A stretch of 63,644 bases of DNA, the filler included, from Reticulomyxa filosa (taxonomy: Eukaryota > Protista > Foraminifera): assembly GCA_000512085.1 (NCBI GenBank). It is 18 parts of 18 records of this genome, joined end to end, with 100 filler letters (N's around TTAATTAATTAA, not from the genome) between each part and the next. Parts side by side here need not be neighbours in the genome. Positions count along the whole stretch, not along the records: positions 53,209 to 54,338 come from ASPP01021332.1; positions 54,439 to 58,853 come from ASPP01018621.1; positions 58,954 to 59,978 come from ASPP01038780.1; positions 60,079 to 61,165 come from ASPP01012997.1; positions 61,266 to 63,644 come from ASPP01010187.1; 13 more parts are not named here. One strand, 5' to 3'. A program made the position numbers and the translations under genes. Within the stretch, counting starts at the first letter, position 1; each line of letters opens with the position of its first letter. Under the pieces are notes generated by a model that worked only from the letters and a program-made list of their open reading frames with translations, was not told the origin of the DNA and made no database searches. Positions 53,410-63,644 of this stretch are shown here, one piece after another.

Positions 53410-54338
53410 CCAAATTTGAATTATATCTTTAGAAGAACCTGAACACAAATTGACTTCCATCTGATAAAATATCTATACATGACACTACGTCGTTAATTTC
53501 TATTTTTTGTTTTTGATTACCTGATTTTACATTCCACAGACGAATAGTTTTATCACTTGAGCAAGACAAAATAATTTGGCCATCTGGAAAATATTTCACA
53601 TCATTTACAACATCTGAATCTCCTTCTAATTGTTTCAGTTCTTTTCCTGATTCAACATCCCATATTCGAATTATGTTATCTAATGAAGATGAAACAATAT
53701 ATTAACTATCTGGAAAAAATCTTGCAAGTATTGCATCATCTATTTTTATTTCTTTTAATCTTCCACTTGTTTTTACACTCCAAAAATTGATTGTATTCGC
53801 AGATGTTGATACGATCATTTGACCATCTGGAGAAAATTAAACACTTTCTATGCAATCTGAATTATCAGTCAATGTTTGTATCATATCCATAGTATTTACA
53901 TCCATTTTGTTATTCCATCAGTTGAACCTAATACAATATGTAACTCTCGTTTCCTTCGAAAGTACTTCACGCCTTTTCCTGGTTCTATACCCCACATCAC
54001 AACTGTATCATTAAATCCGTATAAAATGGCAGTTTTTTCAAATGATGAAAATTTCGTAAAATCGATGAAGTCGTTATATCTTCTGAAATTTCGAATTTCC
54101 ATATTTGAATTGTTCTAATATTATCACCCATTCAAAATCTAATACTAGTTACAGGCCACTCTTGTGCTTGTAGCTTTTTTAACAATTGAAAATCTCTAAT
54201 TTGTATTTTGTGTATTAATTATGAATAACACAATAAACATTATTATTAGATTAAAAAAAAACAAAAACATTGTCTAACGTATTTGAAGACAATTTGCTCA
54301 AAATTCGAATCCAATTTTGAATTATTATTTTTATGCTG
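53410..54338 (-). pseudogene. Decayed box + WD40 gene
   Basis: IVSSSLDNIIRIWDVESGKELKQLEG and ILSCSSDKTIRLWNV with frameshifts. Partial box IKIIIQNWIRIL at about 54295-54335. Confidence 0.8.
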
Positions 54339-54438
54339 NNNNNNNNNNNNNNNNNNNNNNNNNNNNNNNNNNNNNNNNNNNNTTAATTAATTAANNNNNN
54401 NNNNNNNNNNNNNNNNNNNNNNNNNNNNNNNNNNNNNN

Positions 54439-54610
54439 TTTTGAAAAAATTAGAAAGACTTAATAAAAAACCAAAATGATATTTAAAAACTACACGATTT
54501 GTAGATATTTTTTTAAAAAAATTTTGGTTAAATGTTGTTTTTTCATGGAGAAACACAATAATCTCTATAAGGTGGCATTTTAGGTTTCAACTTTCTTTTT
54601 TATCTTACTG
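54439..54610 (+). mobile_element. Tc1-like TIR end at contig start
   Basis: Highly similar to 19470-19635. Ends ..CTTACTG followed by TA. Confidence 0.8.
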
Positions 54611-55757
54611 TATTATCAAATGAATTTTGCGGATTGATGTTTCAAGTGATGTGTAATTAAAATAAGCATTCTTTATTTTGTTATAATATTCTTTGTGAAT
54701 GCAATTAAATATTGAGAGGAAAGCGAGTTTAAAATTCTTAGAATTTTGTTTTCGTATATGTATATTAAGCGCTGAAATTTTTTAGATATCGTTCACATTA
54801 AATTTTGTGAAAGTCACTATTGAAATTATGCATGAATCAAATTCATATCTAATCATTTGTGGAATAATACAAAATTCTTTCGATTATCTTTTTGAAAGTA
54901 AAGATTTCCTTTGCCGCGAAAGTTTCTCACTTGCGTAGCAGATTGTTAAAAACTGTAATTAATTATCAAAACAAACCCTTTACCGTAAAATTATAATGGA
55001 TTCACCTTAGAAGCTAACACGTCAACTTTTTGTTTGTATCTCCTTCTACAGTACAACAGAAACTCTTTCTGAAGAGCCATAATAACAGCACTTACACCAA
55101 AAAGATAATTATGGCATCTGAGTGAAAAAAAGAGTTTTTGGTTCACCAGGATGCATTTTTTTTAAAAAGACAAGAAATGCAAAATTACAGAGGGATCACC
55201 TTTTGTAAAAAAGACGAAAGTGGGGAAAACAAATTGAACATTCGACAGTGTTGATCAAAAACAAAACAAAAAAACAAAACGAAAATAAGCGAATAAGATG
55301 TAACGATTTTATTGGGAGAAAAAAAATAAAAAAAACTAAAAGCAAACACTGCACATACGAACCAATGAAAAACGATGGCTCACACAACCAAAACTAAAAA
55401 AACACAAAACGGAAAAAGCAGACAAACAAAAAAAAACAAACAAAAAAGTTGATTTGAAACTTTATCTATAGTCCTGTGTTTTTTTTAACACTCAACACAA
55501 TTTTCTAACTACGGCTTAAATTAAGCAGTTTAGGAAAGGAAAAAAAATGAAAAAAACTAACAGACTTGAAATGTGCATGAGAATAAGTAAACAAACAAAC
55601 AACAGCTTAAAATAAAATGTAAAAAAAAATCAAAGTTTAAAAAGAGAAGACTCCACAACTATTATTTTATTATTATCTCTCACTCTTTTTTGTTCGTTTG
55701 TCCATTAACATATTTGTTTTGTGTGTGGTTTGCTTTTTTTTCCCTCCCTTTTTTTTT

Positions 55758-57878
55758 TTAACAATTTTTTAAAAGGGGTTCAATTTGTGAAAAGGTATAA
55801 TACGGGCTATGTTTGGAAAGTTCTTGCAAATAAAAACCATGCTCAGGGCCAGTGAAACAATTATTGGACAAATCAATCAAATAGTCAGATGGATTGGAAG
55901 CGATATTCGGATAGGATTCGCTCTCACTGGAAGTCATTTTGATGGCGCTCAAATCGTGTTCGTGCAGTTCCATCGAAATGGAATTGTTGTAGTTGAGATC
56001 ATCGCTGGCATTGTGTAGATCAAAGTGTAAATACCACATATCTTGATGTTTGAGGACCAAGATGGGCAGCAACAAATGTTTGTCCGAAAACTGTGTCCCA
56101 TCGATCGTGATGGTCAACAAAGGACATTGATATGTCCAAATTTCTCTGTTATACGTAATTTCACCCTTGTACGAAACATAAAAACCATACAGCTTCAAAT
56201 GGCGAAGCTTTTTGTTCGGAGTGGCTGTTGTCGTGAAGGAGTAGCCAATCACGAACACACGTTGCTTCGCTACATCAATATACAAACCACCCAATTTGCA
56301 CTCCAACAACAAATGCCATAACGCATTGTTGTAGAACGTCGGCATGTTGTCGTTCGTATGCAACACAAACTCATAGTGTTGACGACACGTCCGCAAGTGT
56401 ATGGGAGTTGTCAAATTATTGCCAGAATAGGTCAATAATACCAATTTATTGACCGTGTTTTCTGTCATCTCTACTTTCTTTTTTGTTGTTGTTGTTGTGT
56501 ACGTATGTTGTAGTATGCGTAGTATGACGTGTTTTTTGTTTTGTTTTTTTTTAACAAAATAGAAAATAAAAAATACTTTGCTTATTGAATCATCCAACGT
56601 TGCCATAAAATCTTTGATATCAGACAAATAAAACCATTTCAAGTAATGTACAAACGAGCTCGAAGCCAAAGATATTACCAAAGGTGGTGGATTTGTACCA
56701 TACAATAAATCACGAGTAGTTGTAATATCAAATGGCAACAGTTCCAAGTACTTTTCTTTTTCGTTCAACTGGTAAAAACCTTTTGAGAGGTCACATATCA
56801 TAAACGTGGAGGAGTTATTGACATAGCAACCAAACCAATCCAATCCTAATGTCAACCCTTGTTCATGCGTGGCCACGTCTTTGTGCACCGGATAAAACTG
56901 CCATTCATCGCAGTGACACTCTCGAGTGTTTTTCCACGTTAAATTGGTACGCAGTATTCCACATAAGACATCGTTTGAGCTCTATCACAACAATAAGAAT
57001 GTTGACTCAAGTAAAAACAATTTTTTTTTTGTTTTTTCGTGTATACATAACAATAACAACAACAATAAAATAAACACCCTTGGCTCAATGAACCTGAGTA
57101 TCAACAACTAAAGCAGTCAAAATGGATTGACTCGACAAAAACGTGACGACGGTGGTGGAAACAAATCCGCGTTCGGCCATGCGACGACTAAAGCTGTTGT
57201 ACCCCAAGTCGTCGATATCGGACTCAGTGGACGTGGACATGCGCATGACCAGATTGGGACAGCTGACGTCCTCACCCTCCTTATTGGAGAATAAGGACAA
57301 GGTTTTGTCATTGTCATAGCGTTTGCGAATGATCTGTCGAATGCGCGTCGCAGGCAAAGGTACGTTAAGAACGCCAACGAGTTGGCGATTGACAAAGGAG
57401 TAGTACCGCACATTAATCTGGTCGAGTTCTCGTTGCCAAATATCGCTTTTGCTAGGAAGAGATCCACTTTTGGACGTGCGATCGACGACAATAGCACTGG
57501 CATGCAAATCAGCGACTATATCACTGCTGCTGCCGCTATTGCTGTTGCTGTTGCTACCCCCGCCGCCGCCATTGCTCTGATCACTACTACTACTACTGCG
57601 ACTGCTGCTTGCGTCACGACTACCATTGGCATTGCCAAACATCTCCAAGTCAGGGCCGTTCAAGTTTACCGTGAAGCGATAGCGCATATCAAAGTCACAG
57701 TGCAGACACAAGACTTTGAGGAACAAAAACTCCCACACCATGTCCATCACCTGTTTGGGCAGGCATACGTGATTCTTCACGCTGTATGCGTGAATCACGT
57801 GATCGATCTGTCGCATTTGGCTCATAAATCTCAAATACAATGGACTGTACTTCAATTGCAATGACCCGTGAGTACTCT

Positions 57879-57927
<49 letters not shown>

Positions 57928-58600
57928 TACCATTTCTTCGTCCTTGATTTTCATTTGTTGCATTTTTTTATGTGCTTGCAATGACGAGAAAGAGATTGGA
58001 GAGAATAGCGCTTGTTGTTGCTGCTGATGCTGTTGCTGAGGTGATACCAAAGGTACATGCACATCACCTTTGTCTCCTCTTTTTTTTCTTTCTCTTTCTC
58101 CTTCTTTGATCTTTCTTGCCTCCTCTTTTGCCATGCGCTGCAACATGCTCTCCATGTCTTCATAACGAGCCTCTTCCAATGTCACCCACTTGTCGTTCAT
58201 AAACATCGGATTGGGGTTCATTGCCCGCTGCAACTCGGACAATGAGTCGAACTCCACAAACGCCTCGTGCGTCCCCGCGATCATGTGCACCGAAACGGGG
58301 GAAATTTTCCGGTCGTGAAACAGCTGCATTATCGCTTCGTTGGTCACGCCCTCGGGCAGCTCTTTTAGCTGCACACAATACATTTTGGAGGCACTCTTTG
58401 CAAATTTTTCCTTCTCTTCATGCTCTTCCTCTTCCTCTTCCTCCTCCTCCTCTTCTTCTTCCTCTCCTCCAAATTTTTGTTCATATTCTTGTTCTCTTTG
58501 TCTTTGTCTTTGTCCACGTCCATGTCCATGTCCATGTCCATATCCATACCCGTGTCCATGTTCATATTCATGCTCACGCTCATGATCACGTTCTCTCTCC

Positions 58601-58631
<31 letters not shown>

Positions 58632-58853
58632 CTTCTTCTTCTTCTTCTTCACCTTCAAACGCCTTGCTGCCCTTTTCTTTTTCGTGTCGTCGATAGTATT
58701 GCTGCTGGTGTGTCGTATCACGCTTTCTCGTCGACGCAGGTTTGGCGGACACTCCACCCGCGTGCTGCGCTTTCTTCCATTCCATTGGGCCATGTGTCGA
58801 CCCCATTCTTTTTTCTGTCGTGGACATGGACGTAGACGTAGACGTAGACGTAG
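55758..58853 (-). CDS. Multi-exon protein: acidic/His-Gly repeats, RRM, box-like motif, beta-rich C-terminal region
   Basis: RRM CVQLKELPEGVTNEAIMQLF..EAFVEFDSLSELQRAM (58170-58383). Motif IDHVIHAY..LPKQVMDMVWEFL (57721-57810). Further exons at about 56570-56990 and 55758-56475. Confidence 0.75.
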
Positions 58854-60136
58854 NNNNNNNNNNNNNNNNNNNNNNNNNNNNNNNNNNNNNNNNNNNNTTA
58901 ATTAATTAANNNNNNNNNNNNNNNNNNNNNNNNNNNNNNNNNNNNNNNNNNNNAATTCTATACCATTCAAAACATAAATAAATTGCTGATATATCAAAAT
59001 AATTACATATATTTGTTGATAATATTATACATTATTGCTAAATTTTACAAATCACATTCACAAAGAATAATCTAAAATTTTGAATGATGACTGCAAGTCT
59101 TTTTCCATTCATTTTTTTACAATAATAAAAAGAACAAGTCTTTGATCTCAAAACTTCACGTAACAAAAGTTATCCAGACCTTAATGTAAGTGTAGTGCTT
59201 ATTTACATGCAATGAAAAAAGAAAATCATTTTCTGGAAAATTCAAGAAAATTATCTTCCAAAAATATTGTGGTATTTCATTTTTTAATTTTTCTTTCATA
59301 TAAAATTTTCTCCAGCAAACACAAAAATGTTGTTAAAGGAAAAAAATTAAGAAACAATTGTTGCATGCACACATCTTTGATCTTATATTTCCACTTATTG
59401 AACATTTTAGGAAACTGTTATCTTGATGGATTCACTTTGATTGATCTCTTTCGATCAATGATTTTACTATGTTGTGATTCAACTGCTAAGAAATCGGGAT
59501 AAGAAAAATAGCAAAATATTTGCTTTGGGAAAAACAAGAATCTTCAGAAATTCTTGAATAAACTTGGCATGATTTTAAAAAATCTGTATAAGTATAACAA
59601 TCGAACGGATTGAAGTACTTGCCACCAATAGTATGCATGAGTGTATATATCCAACGGTATTTATCTACAGAAGCGACGATGAAGACCTTTTCATTGCAAA
59701 AGTGTATCTAATACACTCCCAGCGTGATGGATGCAGTATTATTTGAAGTGGAGAAAGAAACAAATCCCAAACATTGGTAAAGGCATATGGCGATCACTCC
59801 TTGTCCAGTCACAGGACATAAGTGGAGAGTGGTGTCACATAATCATTCGGTGACGTATATTGTCAACTGAGTGTAACGGAGAAAAAGCATTACTTGTGTT
59901 ATTTACTTTGAGAAACAGTTTTTGTTCACTCAGTTTTTTGCTTTGAGTTGGTCACGTGAAAAATTATCCCTTTTTTTTNNNNNNNNNNNNNNNNNNNNNN
60001 NNNNNNNNNNNNNNNNNNNNNNTTAATTAATTAANNNNNNNNNNNNNNNNNNNNNNNNNNNNNNNNNNNNNNNNNNNNTTTTTTTTTTTTTTTTTTTTTT
60101 TTTTTGTTTGTTTTTTTTTTTTCTTTCCTTCTCCAG

Positions 60137-60481
60137 GGCATGGATCTATATTCTCTGAAAAAGTATAAAACAGCAGTGTCCACTACTATCAGTGGCGCCA
60201 CCCTGCGACACACGCTGCAAAACATTTCTACCATTTCTGAACATGATGAACTCATTTTTGTTTGCAATGAAGGCAGTCACCAATTTGAAATCTTTTACAA
60301 ATCACATAAGGTACCCATTGGCTACGACCCTGCCGAGTTGGAAACTAAGAGAAAAAAACAACCTTATGATAAAATGCTATCCATTCAGTCCGATCTTCTG
60401 TGTGAATGTATCAATCACGTTTTTTTGGACCCCGCTAGTGGAATTTGTAAATTAACAAAAGGAAAGATTGTCAACTTTTAA
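60137..60481 (+). CDS. Last exon of an unidentified gene
   Basis: Open frame after a CAG acceptor, ending in TAA. No confident family. Confidence 0.45.
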   Translation, partial: GMDLYSLKKYKTAVSTTISGATLRHTLQNISTISEHDELIFVCNEGSHQFEIFYKSHKVPIGYDPAELETKRKKQPYDKMLSIQSDLLCECINHVFLDPASGICKLTKGKIVNF

Positions 60482-60745
60482 GACACTTTTTAACAAAGTT
60501 TGCATAAGCATCTCTTCTTCTTTTTTTTTTTTTAACAACCAAAAAATTGACACTATTGGTTACAAAATATACTGTAATGAGACTGCGCATGATGGCACTA
60601 CCATATTTCAATTGTAATAGTATTAATCTTGGGCATTGTGGCAGCATGACCTTCAAAGTTACTCTGTTTTAGTAAAATGTCGAACATTCAGTACGCAACG
60701 TGGACCCCTCATCCAATCCCTTGGCACGACTGATTTCCGATAGCA

Positions 60746-61085
60746 ATGTGCCAAAATAGCCGGCCAATGCCCCGTTATTTGGGGGCCTTGTTTATTATTA
60801 TCCCGACTTTATTTTTGATCCAAACAGTCATGACGTGCTTTGTGATTAATAAACTAGTGATTCAAAAACATGTGGAAGTGAATAACATTTTACGCCGTAG
60901 CGCAATTTACTATCACGTGATTGCCTGGATATATCTGCTGGGTGCAATAATTGCTGTTATTAGCGGTCGACCTAGTCACTGGGCAGCAGCAGGACCAGCC
61001 TACTGTGTTATAAGCCAGTTGATTGGATGGTGTTGTCCGTTGGCCTGTTACATTATCAGTCTTTTATTTTGGCTAAAGCGTTTAG
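60746..61085 (+). CDS. Multi-pass membrane protein (GPCR-like N-terminal half), 3'-truncated
   Basis: Three hydrophobic segments, a Cys at the start of TM3, and FWLKRL after TM3 followed by a GTAAG donor. Confidence 0.6.
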
Positions 61086-61338
61086 GTAAGACAACAACAC
61101 GTGGTATATATTATTTATGTGCTTATAAATGTGCATGTACACAACTGATTAAAAAAAAAAAAAAANNNNNNNNNNNNNNNNNNNNNNNNNNNNNNNNNNN
61201 NNNNNNNNNTTAATTAATTAANNNNNNNNNNNNNNNNNNNNNNNNNNNNNNNNNNNNNNNNNNNNAAAAAAAACAATAAAAAAAAAAAAAAAAAAAAAAA
61301 TCCAAAATAAAAAATAATAACTAAAAAAATAAAAAGCA

Positions 61339-62108
61339 ATGAATGGTCATCTTTTAGAAGATGGACGCATGCTAAGAGCGACCACTGGTTCCACCAAATA
61401 TTGCTCTCATTTCTTGAAACAACAACACTGCGGAAACCCCAATTGCTTGTACTTGCATGATTGGGCTAAACAAGAAGATATTGTCACAAAAGAGGAATTA
61501 AACGATTTTGTATGTTTTTATACACATATACATATATGTATATATATACATACATATGTACATATATGTATATGTATATGTATTTGGGAGTTGACAACAG
61601 TACGTTAGCACTTTTTTTTTTTTTTTTTTTTTTTTTTTTATCATTATTCAAAAATAATAAATATATACAATATGTATATATTTGTTTTATTATGCATGGT
61701 ATGACACAGGGCCCAATATCAGCGACCAGCTACCAGCCGACGTCACCACCGGCTCCGTTGGTGGCTCTCAAGACGACTCGATTGCACAAGTCACAAAGCA
61801 AGATTGCCCATTACGATTACACGAAAAAGCCTATATCTTCCACCGTGGTTTCGCACACGTCCACGCCCTCGCACTTGTCCGTGTCGCCTCCTCACAAAAG
61901 CAAAAATCTGGCAGCCATTGTGGCGTCTGGCGCTGGCAATGCCGGTAGTAGTCTGACAGCGACCTCGGCCAATGTCGCCAACAGCGGCAATGCCTTGTTG
62001 TCGTCCACATCGACCGCGTCCACGGCGAGCAATGTCAACAATGCGAATAGTAACATTGGCAATAACAATAATAATGGCAATAACAACAATGCGAAAACAA
62101 ACAACAAT

Positions 62109-62148
<40 letters not shown>

Positions 62149-63588
62149 GTAATCCCATGGTAATGACGCCTTTGACACACAGCACATCTCTTCCTTTGGC
62201 CTCGCCGTCTGCCGTGGCGAGTCAGTCCAATGTGAGCAACTTGACCTCCCCCAAAACGACAGCCCCCATTCCTAACACAAATGCTCGTGGAAGACCAATG
62301 GCAAATAATGCCGTGGTTGGGGGACATCGACCAGGAGGGGGAGGTGTTAGTGGAGGAGGAGGAGGAGGAGGAAGTGTGAACAATGCGACGGGAACTTCGA
62401 CGTCCATGGGAAGCTCTGCCAACCATGTGTCTGTCCATACGTACAACGGATTGGTACAACCACCCCCTCCCGGCTTCAGTGCGCCGTACGGAAGTATGTC
62501 TGTTGGCGGCGGTAGTGGGACGAACAGTGTCGCAAGTACCACACGCGCAACCTTGTCCAGCGGCACACCCTCGCCGTTATTTCAATCGCATCTCACAGAA
62601 GCCGACTCCGCTATGCCTGTTGCCCAAGTCATTCGAACTCCACCAATAGATCATGCTGGTATATACATATATATATACATATATACATCTATGTATATGT
62701 ATACATACAAAGCATTAATAAATAAATACATACATTACATATATACATGTATTTATTTATTTATTTATGCATGTACATATATGTGTATGCGTTGCAATAT
62801 ACCGAAAAGTAGACCATCTCTCCAAAGTTGCCACGAACAGCCATCCCAGTTATGGATCGCAAAGATCAACACCTCCTCCGCTGTTTGAACTCGAGAGACA
62901 TCGATCTTTCCACGGCCACAAGGGTGGCGTGGTTGACAGTAACAGCGCCGTTGTGACAGGTGTTGCGAGCAATAATAGCAGCGCAATGGTGAACACGAGC
63001 AGCAGCAGCGGCGGTGGCGGCGGTGGCGGTAGTGGTGGTAGTAGTACGAACGCGAACGCAGGTGGGGGCACAACCACGAATGCGAACAACAGTAGCAGTA
63101 GTAGTGGCAGCAACAACAGCAACAAACACCAGACAAACTCCAAACCTCCCGGTGCGTTGGTGTCCTCTGGTCATGAACGACATGCTCTTGGCAATGAAGG
63201 TTTGGGCAACGCCCCCTTGCCGCTTTCGAACATGCCCACGATTCCCACGACGATCATCAACCCGCAAATGGACGAAATGCTGACCGAGATGGAAATACAC
63301 TCGGACCCGCTCAACATAAACATTAGCAGTCCAAGCAACGTCGCTCCTATTTTATCCAGCATCGGCTTGCCCACGGGGTTGGGCGCGCTCGGCACGACCA
63401 TTACTGATTCCTTCCACCACGCACCCAGCAGTCAAAATGACAATAGCAGTGTCGGCTTGGCGGAATCCCCTGTCATTGGAGTTGTTCCTTCTCTCACACA
63501 TTCTACAATTCCCCCTTTGGAAAGTACTCTTGTTGCATCGAATGACATCACCAATCACACATCTCACACACTCGGACAGCACAGTTAA
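61339..63588 (+). CDS. CNOT4: CCR4-NOT subunit 4 (NOT4): end of RRM, CCCH finger and long low-complexity tail; 5'-truncated
   Basis: DGRMLRATTGSTKYCSHFLKQQHCGNPNCLYLHDWAKQEDIVTKEEL matches the NOT4 signature GR.LRA..GTTKYC..FL....C....C.YLH. N/S/G/T-rich exons follow. Confidence 0.85.
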
Positions 63589-63605
63589 TCATTACAATAC
63601 ACAAG

Positions 63606-63642
<37 letters not shown>

Positions 63643-63644
63643 AA

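Noticed and set aside
60137-60481. IQGAP/RasGAP C-terminal domain
   Set aside because: The resemblance is only impressionistic, with no diagnostic motif.
9534-61265. Regularly recurring TTAATTAATTAA palindrome as a CRISPR-like or biological repeat
   Set aside because: It is always embedded in exactly 44+44 N, so it is a synthetic stop linker. ORFs running into X are artefacts.
57382-63582. Many overlapping antisense or alternative-frame ORFs (poly-L, poly-V, poly-F, poly-K, MDMD)
   Set aside because: They are shadows of microsatellite-rich, GC-richer exons of the RRM and NOT4 genes.
63606-63644. Terminal A run as the poly(A) tail of a retrocopy
   Set aside because: The gene retains introns, and contigs in this assembly routinely break at homopolymers.
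1-63644. tRNA, rRNA or CRISPR arrays
   Set aside because: None were recognised by eye. tRNAscan-SE and Infernal would be needed to exclude them formally.

Overview
This is not one locus. It is 18 short eukaryotic contigs joined by 17 artificial 100-bp linkers (44 N + TTAATTAATTAA + 44 N), so adjacency across linkers means nothing. The DNA is AT-rich and uses the standard code, with many short GT-AG introns, microsatellites, homopolymer runs and decayed paralogs. The expanded WD40, Kelch and caspase-like families resemble the foraminiferan Reticulomyxa filosa (inferred from recalled family patterns, not a search). Recognisable genes are a multidomain RasGEF (PH-like, RanBP2-type zinc finger, PUB, REM, CDC25), a SecA-like SF2 ATPase fused to two PB1-like modules and a vWA domain, several WD40 and Kelch genes or pseudogenes, a Kelch/PB1-like/caspase-like locus, and a decayed WWE-WWE-RING ligase. 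Also present are a lipoyl-domain protein lacking the lipoyl lysine, ankyrin, PX, Tudor-like, RRM and membrane-protein fragments, and CNOT4. Mobile DNA comprises a Tc1/mariner relic with dispersed TIR copies, LINE relics (one with RNase H) and a family of ~210-230 bp TG..CA elements with 4-bp TSDs. The best candidates for new biology are the PB1-like/SecA-like/vWA protein, whose PB1-like module also appears on the caspase-like protein, and a recurrent ~33-aa 'WIR..KLGWI..F..II' box attached to beta-propellers.
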